Shown here: piece after piece, positions 1 through 8,492 of the stretch
Layout: every line of letters begins with the position of its first letter
Position numbering within the stretch: the first letter of the stretch is position 1
From: Candidatus Saccharimonadales bacterium
GTDB taxonomy: Bacteria; Patescibacteriota; Saccharimonadia; Saccharimonadales; DATKHC01
Direction of reading: 5' to 3'
Assembly (NCBI GenBank): GCA_038317055.1
Contig: JBBQBA010000002.1
Coordinates: 266,164 to 330,163, forward strand
Length of the DNA: 64,000 bases
The notes under the pieces: model-generated
The model's input: only the letters and a program-made list of their open reading frames with translations
What the model was told of the DNA's origin: nothing
Database searches by the model: none
Program-made: the position numbers and the translations under genes

Positions 1-488
1 CTGGGTTCCATAGGAGCTATACCAAAATCATCACCCAGACCATCGTTCCTAATTATTCCGTAGTTAACTACTAAATTACTATTACCATTAATTACTTCTA
101 TGTAGCTCTTATTTCGTTCTATACCGGCATCGCTTAGCATTTTATCGAATACTGACGTTCGCGCAAAGAGACCTTGTTCGGTTTGCTTTATTTCATCATA
201 GCCAACAATCAACACCTTATTGCCGCTCGTATACTTTTTAAGTAACCAGTTATTAGCATACATAACAGGTAATGTTACGAAAGCATCCTCTGGTCTAATA
301 TCACCATCATCAATAATTTCTATCATTGTCATGAATCTATTTTCACTAATTAATAGATTCGCTATCTTATCGGCTGTTTCTTGTAGATGACTACGGGGTT
401 GTTCTGGGTTTATGCGTTTTCTATTAAAAAAAGCCCTTTTACCTTTAGTTGAATAGTCACCTGGAGGTTCTTCGTGACCTGATTTCAT
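1..488 (-). CDS. hypothetical protein, partial (C-terminus lies beyond the left window edge)
   Basis: The minus-strand frame is open from the ATG at 486-488 (MKSGHEEPPGDYSTKGKRAFF...) to the window edge. A TATAAT box at 498-503 sits 9 nt upstream. I recognise no family. Confidence 0.5.
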   Translation of the reverse strand, partial: MKSGHEEPPGDYSTKGKRAFFNRKRINPEQPRSHLQETADKIANLLISENRFMTMIEIIDDGDIRPEDAFVTLPVMYANNWLLKKYTSGNKVLIVGYDEIKQTEQGLFARTSVFDKMLSDAGIERNKSYIEVINGNSNLVVNYGIIRNDGLGDDFGIAPMEP

Positions 489-497
489 AATTTAGAT

Positions 498-503
498 ATT
501 ATA
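498..503 (-). promoter_or_regulatory. -10 box (TATAAT) 9 nt upstream of the ATG at 488
   Basis: The minus strand reads TAGTATAATatctaaattATG. Confidence 0.4.
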
Positions 504-532
504 CTATGTTTGCTTAAACTAACTAAACATAC

Positions 533-575
533 GAGTTCGGAACTCCGACTCTAGCCCAGCCAAACTATATAGGAA
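533..575 (+). repeat. intergenic cassette-boundary repeat, copy 1
   Basis: Sequence GAGTTCGGAACTCCGACTCTAGCCCAGCCAAACTATATAGGAA. It is almost identical to copy 6 at 2682-2724. Confidence 0.8.
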
Positions 576-626
576 TGCCCCCCCTACGCACTTTGACCTA
601 ATATAGGTGTCGATTTCATCAAAAGG

Positions 627-665
627 TGTTGAACTCTGACCATAATGGCCAGCCAAGCTTAAGCG
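627..665 (+). repeat. intergenic cassette-boundary repeat, copy 2 (degenerate)
   Basis: Sequence TGTTGAACTCTGACCATAATGGCCAGCCAAGCTTAAGCG. It shares the GTT..GAACTC head and the CCAGCCAAGC tail. Confidence 0.65.
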
Positions 666-686
666 TTTTAGTTTGATTCCTTACTG

Positions 687-995
687 GTGTATTATTCAAC
701 CTACATGAATAATAACTGTGAGAAGTGTCCCTTAAATAAAATGTTGCATAGAGATTTGGTTCCTCCAACTGAAGCTGATGCCCAAGATATAGACACAATT
801 AGGAATGGTATAACTGAGCATATGGGTGATTGTGAAGGGTACAGTCGGACTATGTATTTATCGGCAAAACTCCTTCGCACGATAATGGGTCCATTAGCAG
901 CCATTCAAGATCCTGAATTTACTATGTGCCAAAGCCCATATAAAGAAACAGAAGAATATCATCAGACTTTAATTGATATTGGTGAAAGAGGCTAG
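687..995 (+). CDS. hypothetical small Cys-containing protein
   Basis: A 102-aa ORF with a GTG start (an alternative ATG lies at 705) lies exactly between repeat copies 2 and 3. I recognise no family. Confidence 0.4.
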   Translation: MYYSTYMNNNCEKCPLNKMLHRDLVPPTEADAQDIDTIRNGITEHMGDCEGYSRTMYLSAKLLRTIMGPLAAIQDPEFTMCQSPYKETEEYHQTLIDIGERG

Positions 996-1017
996 TCTAA
1001 TATAGTTAGTGTCACTA

Positions 1018-1052
1018 GGCTCGGAACTCAACCTCGATAACCAGCCATAAGC
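1018..1052 (+). repeat. intergenic cassette-boundary repeat, copy 3 (degenerate)
   Basis: Sequence GGCTCGGAACTCAACCTCGATAACCAGCCATAAGC. Confidence 0.6.
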
Positions 1053-1067
1053 ACCTAGACTAAACTA

Positions 1068-1607
1068 TTAATCCTTGCCAAGTTTCTCTTCTGCGATTTT
1101 TCGCATTAAATTTGCCCTTAACTCTGCATTTTTTAAATCCATAATAGCTGACACATGTCTCTGTAGGATTGGGTTATCGTCTAGTTGATGATGGTATTTT
1201 CTATTTAGAAGAGGATAACCCTCTAGTCTTCTTTTTACATAGTCACTGAAAAACGTAGGAACGAATTTGTTTTTACTGCTCTCGATTAAGAATGTTGGAG
1301 TAACGCGCTTAGAAGTTATATCTATTATAACTTTAGTAGCTGTAGTTTCATTAGTAATTTGAGTTGCTACTTGACCAAGTTGTTTATATATTTGTGTAAA
1401 GGCGACTGCTGGCCTTTCAGCATCTGTCGTAATCATAACAGTATCACCCCGAACACCCTCGTCTCCGGTGGCACCAACATTCCTTGGAAGTTCGCCATAT
1501 TCTATGTCAAAGTTATTGCCCAGCTCACTATCAACTAGCTTGGCAGCTCTATCTACATCATCCTGATCAAACGGTCTTATCTCCCTTTGAGGTATCTTGT
1601 CTTCCAT
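1068..1607 (-). CDS. hypothetical protein
   Basis: A 179-aa ORF bounded by repeat copies 3 and 4. An extended -10 box lies 6 nt upstream of the ATG. Confidence 0.55.
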   Translation of the reverse strand: MEDKIPQREIRPFDQDDVDRAAKLVDSELGNNFDIEYGELPRNVGATGDEGVRGDTVMITTDAERPAVAFTQIYKQLGQVATQITNETTATKVIIDITSKRVTPTFLIESSKNKFVPTFFSDYVKRRLEGYPLLNRKYHHQLDDNPILQRHVSAIMDLKNAELRANLMRKIAEEKLGKD

Positions 1608-1613
1608 TGAATT

Positions 1614-1622
1614 ATTATATCA
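1614..1622 (-). promoter_or_regulatory. extended -10 promoter (TGaTATAAT) 6 nt upstream of the ATG, implying a leaderless mRNA
   Basis: The minus strand reads TGATATAATaattcaATG. Confidence 0.5.
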
Positions 1623-1630
1623 AACTAGAA

Positions 1631-1670
1631 AGTTCGGAACTCGGACTCTAGCCACAGTCAAGCGTGAGCG
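1631..1670 (+). repeat. intergenic cassette-boundary repeat, copy 4
   Basis: Sequence AGTTCGGAACTCGGACTCTAGCCACAGTCAAGCGTGAGCG. Confidence 0.8.
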
Positions 1671-1672
1671 AT

Positions 1673-2248
1673 TCAAACCTTACTATACTGAAGGTGCACA
1701 AAACCATTTTCAAATTTTCGCAAATCCACCAACTTTAGATTGGTTTTAATATCTTTCGGTAACCAATAATTGCCACTTCCTATCGTGATAGGAGCAATAA
1801 TTTGATGATACTCGTCGACAATATTGGACTTTATTGCTTCCGCCGCTAAATGAGGGCCGCCAATGTCAAAATCTTTATCTGACTCTGCAACTAATTTTTG
1901 TATTATGTATGGATCGAAGGATCGCTCAATCGTAGCATTAGCTATTGTGACCTCAGAAAGCGAAGTGGAATAGATTATCTTCTTTGCATCTCGCCAAATT
2001 TTAGCATATTCATTCATAGCTAAACTTGGGCCGTCCATGGGTCCACCTGTCCCTTCTGTCGGAATGTCGTCCCATACTTTCATCGTCTCGTACAAGTTAT
2101 GACCCATAAGAATTGTCCCAATATTACGTAAAGTGTCATTTACAAAAGTATGTACTTCTTCAGTTGGCTTAGCCCATTCAAAATTACCATTCTTATCAGC
2201 CACAAAGCCGTCTACCGATGTCGTTATAAGGTATATTAGCTTGCCCAT
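1673..2248 (-). CDS. dihydrofolate reductase family protein (RibD C-terminal domain type)
   Basis: The N-terminus MGKLIYLITTSVDGFVADKNGNFEW, then ...ILMGHNLYE..., and the C-terminal DIGGPHLAAEAI...VDEYHQIIAPITIGSG match the RibD_C/DHFR-like pattern. Confidence 0.75.
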   Translation of the reverse strand: MGKLIYLITTSVDGFVADKNGNFEWAKPTEEVHTFVNDTLRNIGTILMGHNLYETMKVWDDIPTEGTGGPMDGPSLAMNEYAKIWRDAKKIIYSTSLSEVTIANATIERSFDPYIIQKLVAESDKDFDIGGPHLAAEAIKSNIVDEYHQIIAPITIGSGNYWLPKDIKTNLKLVDLRKFENGFVHLQYSKV

Positions 2249-2290
2249 AAATTTATTATCTCACAAATCCATCAGCCGTAATAAGCAATT

Positions 2291-2330
2291 GGGTTCTAGA
2301 AGTGTCTGATCCCCAGCCAAGCATAAGAGA
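2291..2330 (+). repeat. intergenic cassette-boundary repeat, copy 5 (degenerate)
   Basis: Sequence GGGTTCTAGAAGTGTCTGATCCCCAGCCAAGCATAAGAGA. Confidence 0.6.
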
Positions 2331-2331
2331 T

Positions 2332-2658
2332 TTAAACTTGAGGCTTAATCCCTTGAACAAAGGTAAGTACTCGCCCTATAAAGGTTGCTGGAGTGTTAGC
2401 TCGCGCCTCAGCGTATTCTGGCGAATCGTACCAAGCTTTAGCATCTTTCATTGAGGGAAATTCAACTACCGACATATGACGGGTTAGCGACTCTCCTTCG
2501 ACAATCACTGGCTCAGCATTAGAGACAATGAAACGGCCACCAAAGTGTTCAATTGCTGGACCTGCTACCTCGGCGTAACGTTTGACTGTTGCTTCATCAA
2601 CAAATCCTTCTATTTCTGAGATTACATATGCTACGGGTGGTTTGGCTTCGTGATTCAT
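2332..2658 (-). CDS. DUF1330 domain protein
   Basis: The segment ...GGRFIV...VVEFPSMKDAKAWYDSPEYAEAR... is the typical DUF1330 signature. Confidence 0.75.
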   Translation of the reverse strand: MNHEAKPPVAYVISEIEGFVDEATVKRYAEVAGPAIEHFGGRFIVSNAEPVIVEGESLTRHMSVVEFPSMKDAKAWYDSPEYAEARANTPATFIGRVLTFVQGIKPQV

Positions 2659-2664
2659 AACTAG

Positions 2665-2673
2665 ATAATATCA
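2665..2673 (-). promoter_or_regulatory. extended -10 promoter (TGaTATTAT) 6 nt upstream of the ATG
   Basis: The minus strand reads TGATATTATctagttATG. Confidence 0.45.
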
Positions 2674-2681
2674 CGTCATAA

Positions 2682-2724
2682 AGTTCGGAACTCGGACCAT
2701 AGCCCCAGCCAAACTATATAGGAA
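2682..2724 (+). repeat. intergenic cassette-boundary repeat, copy 6
   Basis: Sequence AGTTCGGAACTCGGACCATAGCCCCAGCCAAACTATATAGGAA. Confidence 0.8.
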
Positions 2725-2760
2725 ACAACGTTAGGAAAATTGTGGTGAAGTAATCAGTAT

Positions 2761-2810
2761 AGTTCTAACTTCATACAAAGTGACCAGCCAAGGATACTCA
2801 GTCAAGCGTA
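2761..2810 (+). repeat. intergenic cassette-boundary repeat, copy 7 (degenerate)
   Basis: Sequence AGTTCTAACTTCATACAAAGTGACCAGCCAAGGATACTCAGTCAAGCGTA. Its tail CAGTCAAGCGT is shared with copy 4. Confidence 0.6.
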
Positions 2811-2817
2811 ACCCTTA

Positions 2818-2826
2818 TGCTACAAT
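2818..2826 (+). promoter_or_regulatory. extended -10 promoter (TGcTACAAT) 6 nt upstream of the ATG at 2833
   Basis: The plus strand reads TTATGCTACAATtcaataATG. Confidence 0.5.
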
Positions 2827-2832
2827 TCAATA

Positions 2833-3378
2833 ATGAAATCCAATCAAAAAGGATTTACTCTTGTTGAAGCCCTTATCTTGTTTATTGTATTAGTGATTGT
2901 TGTTGGTACTGGCATATATATCTTCCAATACAATAACAATAAAGATAATACTCAACACCTAGAAGTAAATATGCCTGACGATACTCCACCATATATCTTT
3001 TCTATAAGTGAGTGGAAAATTCAGGCACCTTATCATGGCGAACAAGCTCTGAGATATACAATTGATCCAAGTGATCCCAATGAAGCGGGTCTTACGTCTA
3101 CGCAGCTAGTTAATGCTGACAGTAGTTGTCCATCTAATGCAGCTGGTTCTATCGAACGTGCTCAGGCAGGCGAACAATCTGTTTTGGGTGCGATTCCGCA
3201 AACTCCGGAACAATACGTTCAATCGGGCGCCAAATACTACACTAAAATTGGTAGTTATTATTACTTTTTCTCAGGACCACAGATGAATTGCTCAAGTGAG
3301 AGTTCAGTAAATATAATACAAAAAACTACAACCAAAGAGATACAAAATCTGATGTCAAAGTTTGTGACTAGCAAATAA
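2833..3378 (+). CDS. type IV pilin-like protein (prepilin-type N-terminal cleavage/methylation domain)
   Basis: The N-terminus MKSNQKGFTLVEALILFIVLVIVVG carries the class III signal G|FTLVE followed by a hydrophobic helix. Confidence 0.8.
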   Translation: MKSNQKGFTLVEALILFIVLVIVVGTGIYIFQYNNNKDNTQHLEVNMPDDTPPYIFSISEWKIQAPYHGEQALRYTIDPSDPNEAGLTSTQLVNADSSCPSNAAGSIERAQAGEQSVLGAIPQTPEQYVQSGAKYYTKIGSYYYFFSGPQMNCSSESSVNIIQKTTTKEIQNLMSKFVTSK

Positions 3379-3380
3379 AT

Positions 3381-3402
3381 AGTTCGGAACTCTTGACCCA
3401 GC
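3381..3402 (+). repeat. intergenic cassette-boundary repeat, copy 8 (truncated)
   Basis: Sequence AGTTCGGAACTCTTGACCCAGC, starting 2 nt after the pilin stop codon. Confidence 0.6.
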
Positions 3403-3412
3403 TTTATGTAGA

Positions 3413-3994
3413 ATGATCTGTTATCATATCTTAGTGAAAAGTCTAATATTTTCAACTAGTAACGAAGGCAAATATAAAACAGCTCAATCTGTATTTAGCC
3501 AATATGGTATAGCTGTTATTCAAAAAACTGCAGATGTGGATGAAATACAGTCTGAGGATGCCAGAATAGTAGCTATAGACAAATCCACCAAAACATATGA
3601 ATTATTAAAACAACCAGTATTGATAACGGACGACTCTTGGTCATTTCCTGGTCTTAAAGGATTTCCTGGTGTATATATGCATTCTATAAATACATGGTTT
3701 AGCCCAGAAGACTTTTTACATCTTACCCAATCACTTAAAAATCGTAGAGCTATATACACTCAATATCTTGTATACAATAACGGTGAAGAGCACAAAGTAT
3801 TTAAGTCTGAGCATAATGGGACGCTACTAAAAGAAATAAAAGGAAGCTCTCCTCATGCAAGCCATATGATTATAGCAATGGACGGAGAGAACGGTCTTAG
3901 TATTGCAGAGATACATAACAAAAATGTAGATCGCTCTAAACGAGATATGTCAGAAGCTTGGCATGAGTTCGCTAAGTGGTTTAGTAAAGCATAG
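3413..3994 (+). CDS. Ham1/ITPase-like non-canonical NTP pyrophosphatase
   Basis: The segment LIFSTSNEGKYKTAQSVF...ITDDSWSFPGLKGFPGVYM resembles the Ham1 family (TgNkgK...DDSGL..L.G.PGvyS). The true start may instead be the GTG at 3434. Confidence 0.6.
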   Translation: MICYHILVKSLIFSTSNEGKYKTAQSVFSQYGIAVIQKTADVDEIQSEDARIVAIDKSTKTYELLKQPVLITDDSWSFPGLKGFPGVYMHSINTWFSPEDFLHLTQSLKNRRAIYTQYLVYNNGEEHKVFKSEHNGTLLKEIKGSSPHASHMIIAMDGENGLSIAEIHNKNVDRSKRDMSEAWHEFAKWFSKA

Positions 3995-4026
3995 TTCGGC
4001 AATCGGACTCAATTCCCAAACATAAG
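3993..4026 (+). repeat. intergenic cassette-boundary repeat, copy 9 (degenerate)
   Basis: Sequence AGTTCGGCAATCGGACTCAATTCCCAAACATAAG. It overlaps the stop codon of the preceding gene. Confidence 0.6.
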
Positions 4027-4048
4027 TATTCATAGGTATTTTATTACA

Positions 4049-5719
4049 CTACTCAGCAGCACCGATAGATAAACCTTTAGTGGTGGGAACTGTCACCTTA
4101 TAGTAATCAACTCCGCCAATATTGGTGCCGAACACACTTGTTAAGTTAATGCCCGAGTTTTTGATTGGTGAACCACTTGCTGGTTGATAAGCTGTTAATT
4201 GTGTTGGGCTATAACCACCAGCAATCGTACCTCCACCACCAGCATTGTTAAGTTTGGGGTTGGAGGTTAGACCAATAGACACGCCATTTAATTTTTCTTG
4301 ACCTGTAGCTGACCGCCAAGAACTAATCGTATTATAGGTTTTTGTTCCCCAGTAAGCCGTAAATGTGTAGTAGTCATTTGATTGGAAATTAATTGTAGAT
4401 GTAGTTGTAGATCCAGTAACTATTACCGGGTAAGTACCACCAGTTGCTATAAGTATGTTATTACGCACATTAGTTAATCCGCTTCCAGTCAGATAGGCTT
4501 CAAAGCTAGAAGGTTTAGCTCCATTACTCGGAGTTATATATACCGTATTGTTATATATCGAATCTCCAGAAACATTACCATAAAGTTCAATGGCACCGTA
4601 GCTATTCTTTCTAGCATCATTCTGGCTAATATTAAATCGTATGGTGTTACCCTTATGGGCTTCGTTTGAAGACTCACCGAAAACGAGATAGCCTGAACCA
4701 TCATTATCGTGAGAGTAGTTATATTCAATAAATGAATTAGAGGTATTTTGATCTAAGTCAAATCCATCGCCATCTACTTTACCTCCAGTATGATTAGAAT
4801 AAGATTGATTGTATTCTATTGTGTCACCAGTGGAATCGTAAGCCCATATGCCAACAGCACAAGCGTTTGACTTACAATTTGCGCCATTATTGTATGCAAG
4901 CGATTGATATATTTTGGAATTCTTACTATTCCCAAGAACAATGCCACTTCCAGACCAAGTGGTTCCGGTTATACTGGAGTCTCCATAATTGTTATAGGCA
5001 GTAACTTTACTAACATTTACATTTTGATTAACATAAGTTGGACTCGCTGGGTTAAAGGTTGGACCGTAAGTTTGTAAACCAGCAATCTGATTATCATGAA
5101 AAGTTGAGTTGTTTACTGTAACATTACTAAATCCACTGCCTCCATTACCTCCCCCCATCAAGAAACCGTTTTTGAAGCCGTTCGCAGTAACATTATTCAC
5201 GGATACATAATTTAGTATCGTGTTATTGCTATCATCGTTATAGAAATTTAGGCCTGAACCAGTGTCATTACCAGCCCCAGAACCAACTATATTTAGATTA
5301 GATATGCTGATACCGGCAGCATCATAGGCAAGTATTCCGTTATTAGTACCAGTTTCTGAAAGGACAGCTTTTCCTGTTCCATAACTACTAATATTTATTG
5401 GAGATGTAGAAGTACCGCTTTCACCTGGAACAAAGTAAATTTGTCCACTAAATGTATCACCACCATTAAATAGTATGCTATCTCCTGGGTTAAAGTGAAC
5501 GGAATTTACGCGGGCAATTGTTTGCCATGAAGTTGATGGGCTAGTTCCGTTATTTGAATCTTTACCTGTTGAACTAACATAATAAGTCGTCCCGATCTGA
5601 GCTGCGTGGCTGGCAGTCATTACTCTTATTCCAACTAAAGCTATCAGAGCAATAACTATTATTGGAAGAAATATGTGATGGACGAAACCTTTAGAATTAA
5701 GTTTTACTTTTATTAACAT
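4049..5719 (-). CDS. secreted right-handed beta-helix (pectate-lyase fold) protein
   Basis: It has an N-terminal anchor/signal ending in SHAAQ, then TYYVSSTGKDSNNGTSPSTSWQTI...PGDSILFNGGDTF, then many N/G-rich beta-helix coils. Confidence 0.75.
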   Translation of the reverse strand: MLIKVKLNSKGFVHHIFLPIIVIALIALVGIRVMTASHAAQIGTTYYVSSTGKDSNNGTSPSTSWQTIARVNSVHFNPGDSILFNGGDTFSGQIYFVPGESGTSTSPINISSYGTGKAVLSETGTNNGILAYDAAGISISNLNIVGSGAGNDTGSGLNFYNDDSNNTILNYVSVNNVTANGFKNGFLMGGGNGGSGFSNVTVNNSTFHDNQIAGLQTYGPTFNPASPTYVNQNVNVSKVTAYNNYGDSSITGTTWSGSGIVLGNSKNSKIYQSLAYNNGANCKSNACAVGIWAYDSTGDTIEYNQSYSNHTGGKVDGDGFDLDQNTSNSFIEYNYSHDNDGSGYLVFGESSNEAHKGNTIRFNISQNDARKNSYGAIELYGNVSGDSIYNNTVYITPSNGAKPSSFEAYLTGSGLTNVRNNILIATGGTYPVIVTGSTTTSTINFQSNDYYTFTAYWGTKTYNTISSWRSATGQEKLNGVSIGLTSNPKLNNAGGGGTIAGGYSPTQLTAYQPASGSPIKNSGINLTSVFGTNIGGVDYYKVTVPTTKGLSIGAAE

Positions 5720-5783
5720 TTTTATTTTTAACTAATACCCTAGAATAGTACTTTTTTAGCTTAATATTCTCAAGCATACATAA

Positions 5784-5817
5784 TGTTCAGAACTTGGCAT
5801 ATAACTCTAGTTATAAG
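5784..5817 (+). repeat. intergenic cassette-boundary repeat, copy 10 (most degenerate)
   Basis: Sequence TGTTCAGAACTTGGCATATAACTCTAGTTATAAG. Confidence 0.4.
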
Positions 5818-5838
5818 AATTTTAAAATAGCTAGTTAT

Positions 5839-7236
5839 TTAATAAGGACTTACTTGTGCAAGATGAGTTTTGTAGTTTGACCCTTGGGGCGAGACAGTAC
5901 TGGCTGTACCATCATAATTCGACAATAGGCCATAGTTTGACCAATATTTAGCACCGTCACTAATATTTACCGAACACTGTGTAGCACTTGTGCCGGTTGG
6001 ATTCCATGTCCAGGCTAAGTATGATTCATTATTTTGATCAGCCCATGTCATATACATATTCATGAAGTTAACACTACAATCTGATTCGCCGAATTCATCA
6101 GTAACCACCGGTATACCAGCTGATGTAATTGGGTTTTGTTCTGCGTCCCAGTGAGGAATCCAGTAAGATGATGCTGGAATGCTGCCGTCAGAATAATTAT
6201 GGTAGGCGACTATTAGTTTATGGTTAGGATCTGTTGGCATATTTGCTAGCTCTGGGCAGGCTGCCGAACTACCAAATTTATTTATAACTCCACATGGATC
6301 ACTTGATCCTCTAATTCCACTTAATATTATGGGCTGAGAGGCTCCGGTAGCGCGAATTGTATTAACAAGCTGTTGCATTCCAGCGGTGTTATAAGTCACG
6401 GCAGGGTTTACGGGGCTTGTAGTGTTACCCGAAAAAGTTAAACTGCATCCATTTAGCCAGCAAGTCCAAGGTGGTGTAGTGGTTGTTGCATTTGGGTTTC
6501 CGATAAATGGCTCGTTAAAGAGGTCATACATGACAGCCGGATAAGATTTGAAGGTGGTCGCAACAGATGACCAGAAAGTAGGCGAATGATCTTGGTCAGC
6601 CATCCCCCACTGTTGAACAGTTAGTATATTGCCCGGAGCTGACCAATGTAGATCTATTATTGTATATATACCTGCATTATTAAGATCAGTCACCCAACTC
6701 TCAATAGCTGTTTGGTAAGCTTGGGCAGCTGCTGATCCAGTAAGAGTTACTGATTTACCATTTACAGTTGAACTTAATGAAACTCCATTTATTCCTAACC
6801 AACAGTCCTCATTAAGTGGAACTCTAACAGCATTGATTTTCCACGAAGCTATAGCTTCTGCTTCAGTACTATTTAGAGGCCTACCACCATTAATTGAATG
6901 AGTGGTACTACAGTATTCAGAGCCAGATACATTTGCCCCCAATAACCTAATAGTCTGTCCGTTTCCATTCACTAGGTGATTACCGTTTACACTTATAGAT
7001 AGAGGAGCTCCAAACTGTACCCCATGCCCATCTCTAGCGGTAGCATCATTAGTTATTGATGCTCCACCATTAAGCTTGCCTGTGTCAGCATTAACTGAAA
7101 CAAACGGTGATGCTGCATGAGATCCAATTAGAAAATGGACACCAATTATTGCAATAATAATTACTATAGCTATTTGACTGGCTGTTTTTATATTTTTATT
7201 GCTTTTCTTTTTTAGCTTTGTAGCTAGTTTTTTCAT
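5839..7236 (-). CDS. glycoside hydrolase family 5 (cellulase/mannanase-like), secreted
   Basis: Motifs NAVRVPLNEDCW, IIDLHW, MYDLFNEP (acid/base) and VVTDEFGE (nucleophile) are present. The signal ends in SHAAS. The ORF stays open up to a TTG at 7245. Confidence 0.8.
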   Translation of the reverse strand: MKKLATKLKKKSNKNIKTASQIAIVIIIAIIGVHFLIGSHAASPFVSVNADTGKLNGGASITNDATARDGHGVQFGAPLSISVNGNHLVNGNGQTIRLLGANVSGSEYCSTTHSINGGRPLNSTEAEAIASWKINAVRVPLNEDCWLGINGVSLSSTVNGKSVTLTGSAAAQAYQTAIESWVTDLNNAGIYTIIDLHWSAPGNILTVQQWGMADQDHSPTFWSSVATTFKSYPAVMYDLFNEPFIGNPNATTTTPPWTCWLNGCSLTFSGNTTSPVNPAVTYNTAGMQQLVNTIRATGASQPIILSGIRGSSDPCGVINKFGSSAACPELANMPTDPNHKLIVAYHNYSDGSIPASSYWIPHWDAEQNPITSAGIPVVTDEFGESDCSVNFMNMYMTWADQNNESYLAWTWNPTGTSATQCSVNISDGAKYWSNYGLLSNYDGTASTVSPQGSNYKTHLAQVSPY

Positions 7237-7318
7237 AAAAATCAATGACTAGTTAACTTATAGTTACGTTAGTATTAGCATAACATTAATAACTTCTGCT
7301 TGAGTTAGTCATTTTCTT

Positions 7319-7843
7319 TTAGATATCATATATATCTCTTACTGTCTCTGTAAGATCAGTATAATGTGGAAAATCTTTTTCATAATTTGCCTCTGCACGT
7401 AATGCTCTAATTACAATTTCACCATAATCTTTTATATCTTCACATTTAACCGGCAAAGTATAAGGGTCAGGCTCAGTAGTGTCGGATAGTTGTACTGATT
7501 TAAGTGTCATTTCTGATATGCCGCTAGACTCAAATATAAATAGAGCTAGTTCATAACCCTCATAAGCAGCTTTTCTGAATGTATTTCTTAGTATAAGACT
7601 CAGGTAAATTTCATTATCAGTATTACACATTCCATAACCTGCTAATAGACCTAAATCAACACAAGTAGCTATAACTGCATCTTCATCTTCCTCTGGTATT
7701 TCGTCTACATTTGGTATTTGAAAGGTAACTTCTACTGCCCATAACCGGGGTATAACATCATCGACTTGCTCCAAAACACCATAGGATTTTTCACTCATTA
7801 ATATATATTCCATCTTACTCATGTTTTTCGCAAGCACTAGCAA
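7319..7843 (-). CDS. hypothetical acidic protein
   Basis: A 174-aa ORF, probably starting at an internal Met (MSKMEY or MSEKSYG). I recognise no family. Confidence 0.5.
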   Translation of the reverse strand: MLVLAKNMSKMEYILMSEKSYGVLEQVDDVIPRLWAVEVTFQIPNVDEIPEEDEDAVIATCVDLGLLAGYGMCNTDNEIYLSLILRNTFRKAAYEGYELALFIFESSGISEMTLKSVQLSDTTEPDPYTLPVKCEDIKDYGEIVIRALRAEANYEKDFPHYTDLTETVRDIYDI

Positions 7844-7892
7844 TAAGCCTATTAAAGATATATTTTGGTCATATGGCGACTATATTATATAG

Positions 7893-8492
7893 TTGAAGAT
7901 AAATATGGGTAAAGATAGAGAATTAACAAGTAATACTCGCATTCTTTTTTTTGAAGTCGGAACACTGGGTTGTGCACCAAAGGATTTCGAAAAAAATTTA
8001 GCAGAGCGAAACCATGCAGAGTTAGTTAGTGCAAGTGAACCTTATAGCCCAATTCTACGTCCACCCGAAAGTGTACCGGTTCGACATATGTCTAAGGGTT
8101 TAACTAGATTAATTGGTCAAAAATGTATCAATGCAGTTTCGCATCATCTATCAAAAGATAGAGATGTAGTTTTCGATAGATTTGTTAACACACCACCATC
8201 ACGTCGTTTAATTGAAGAATTCGTATCGTTAGGTGACATTGCAACAGTTGCTCTAGATTTCACCTGTACACCTCGTGAAATAGTAAAGAAACGACTTAGT
8301 GCTGAAGCCGCTGAGAGCTCAGTTGCATATTCCACATGGATGATAGCTCAAGCAGTTGGTAACAGGGTAATTCGACCAACATTTGCCGAGCCAGTCGATA
8401 TAATAATCAGGTTAGATGGCAGTAACTCTACGCCGGATTTATTTGATCAAATTGAAGATGTTTTGGATATAAAAGGTCTTATTAACGATTAG
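7893..8492 (+). CDS. hypothetical protein
   Basis: A 199-aa ORF with a TTG start (an ATG lies at 7905), divergent from 7319..7843. I recognise no family. Confidence 0.5.
   Translation: MKINMGKDRELTSNTRILFFEVGTLGCAPKDFEKNLAERNHAELVSASEPYSPILRPPESVPVRHMSKGLTRLIGQKCINAVSHHLSKDRDVVFDRFVNTPPSRRLIEEFVSLGDIATVALDFTCTPREIVKKRLSAEAAESSVAYSTWMIAQAVGNRVIRPTFAEPVDIIIRLDGSNSTPDLFDQIEDVLDIKGLIND

Noticed and set aside
533-545. The repeat head GAGTTCGGAACTC resembles a tRNA T-arm (TTCGAAT loop), which would hint at tRNA-derived attachment sites.
   Set aside because: No acceptor, D or anticodon arm can be drawn around any copy. The resemblance is limited to 7-9 nt.
533-5817. I considered whether the intergenic repeats form a CRISPR array or canonical integron attC sites.
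   Set aside because: The spacers are gene-length (0.05-1.7 kb) and unequal, so this is not a CRISPR array. I could not find the RYYYAAC ... GTTRRRY core pairs or a conserved imperfect hairpin in the copies, and the window holds no IntI-like gene. A canonical integron call is therefore unsupported. The region is kept only as a cassette-like repeat array.
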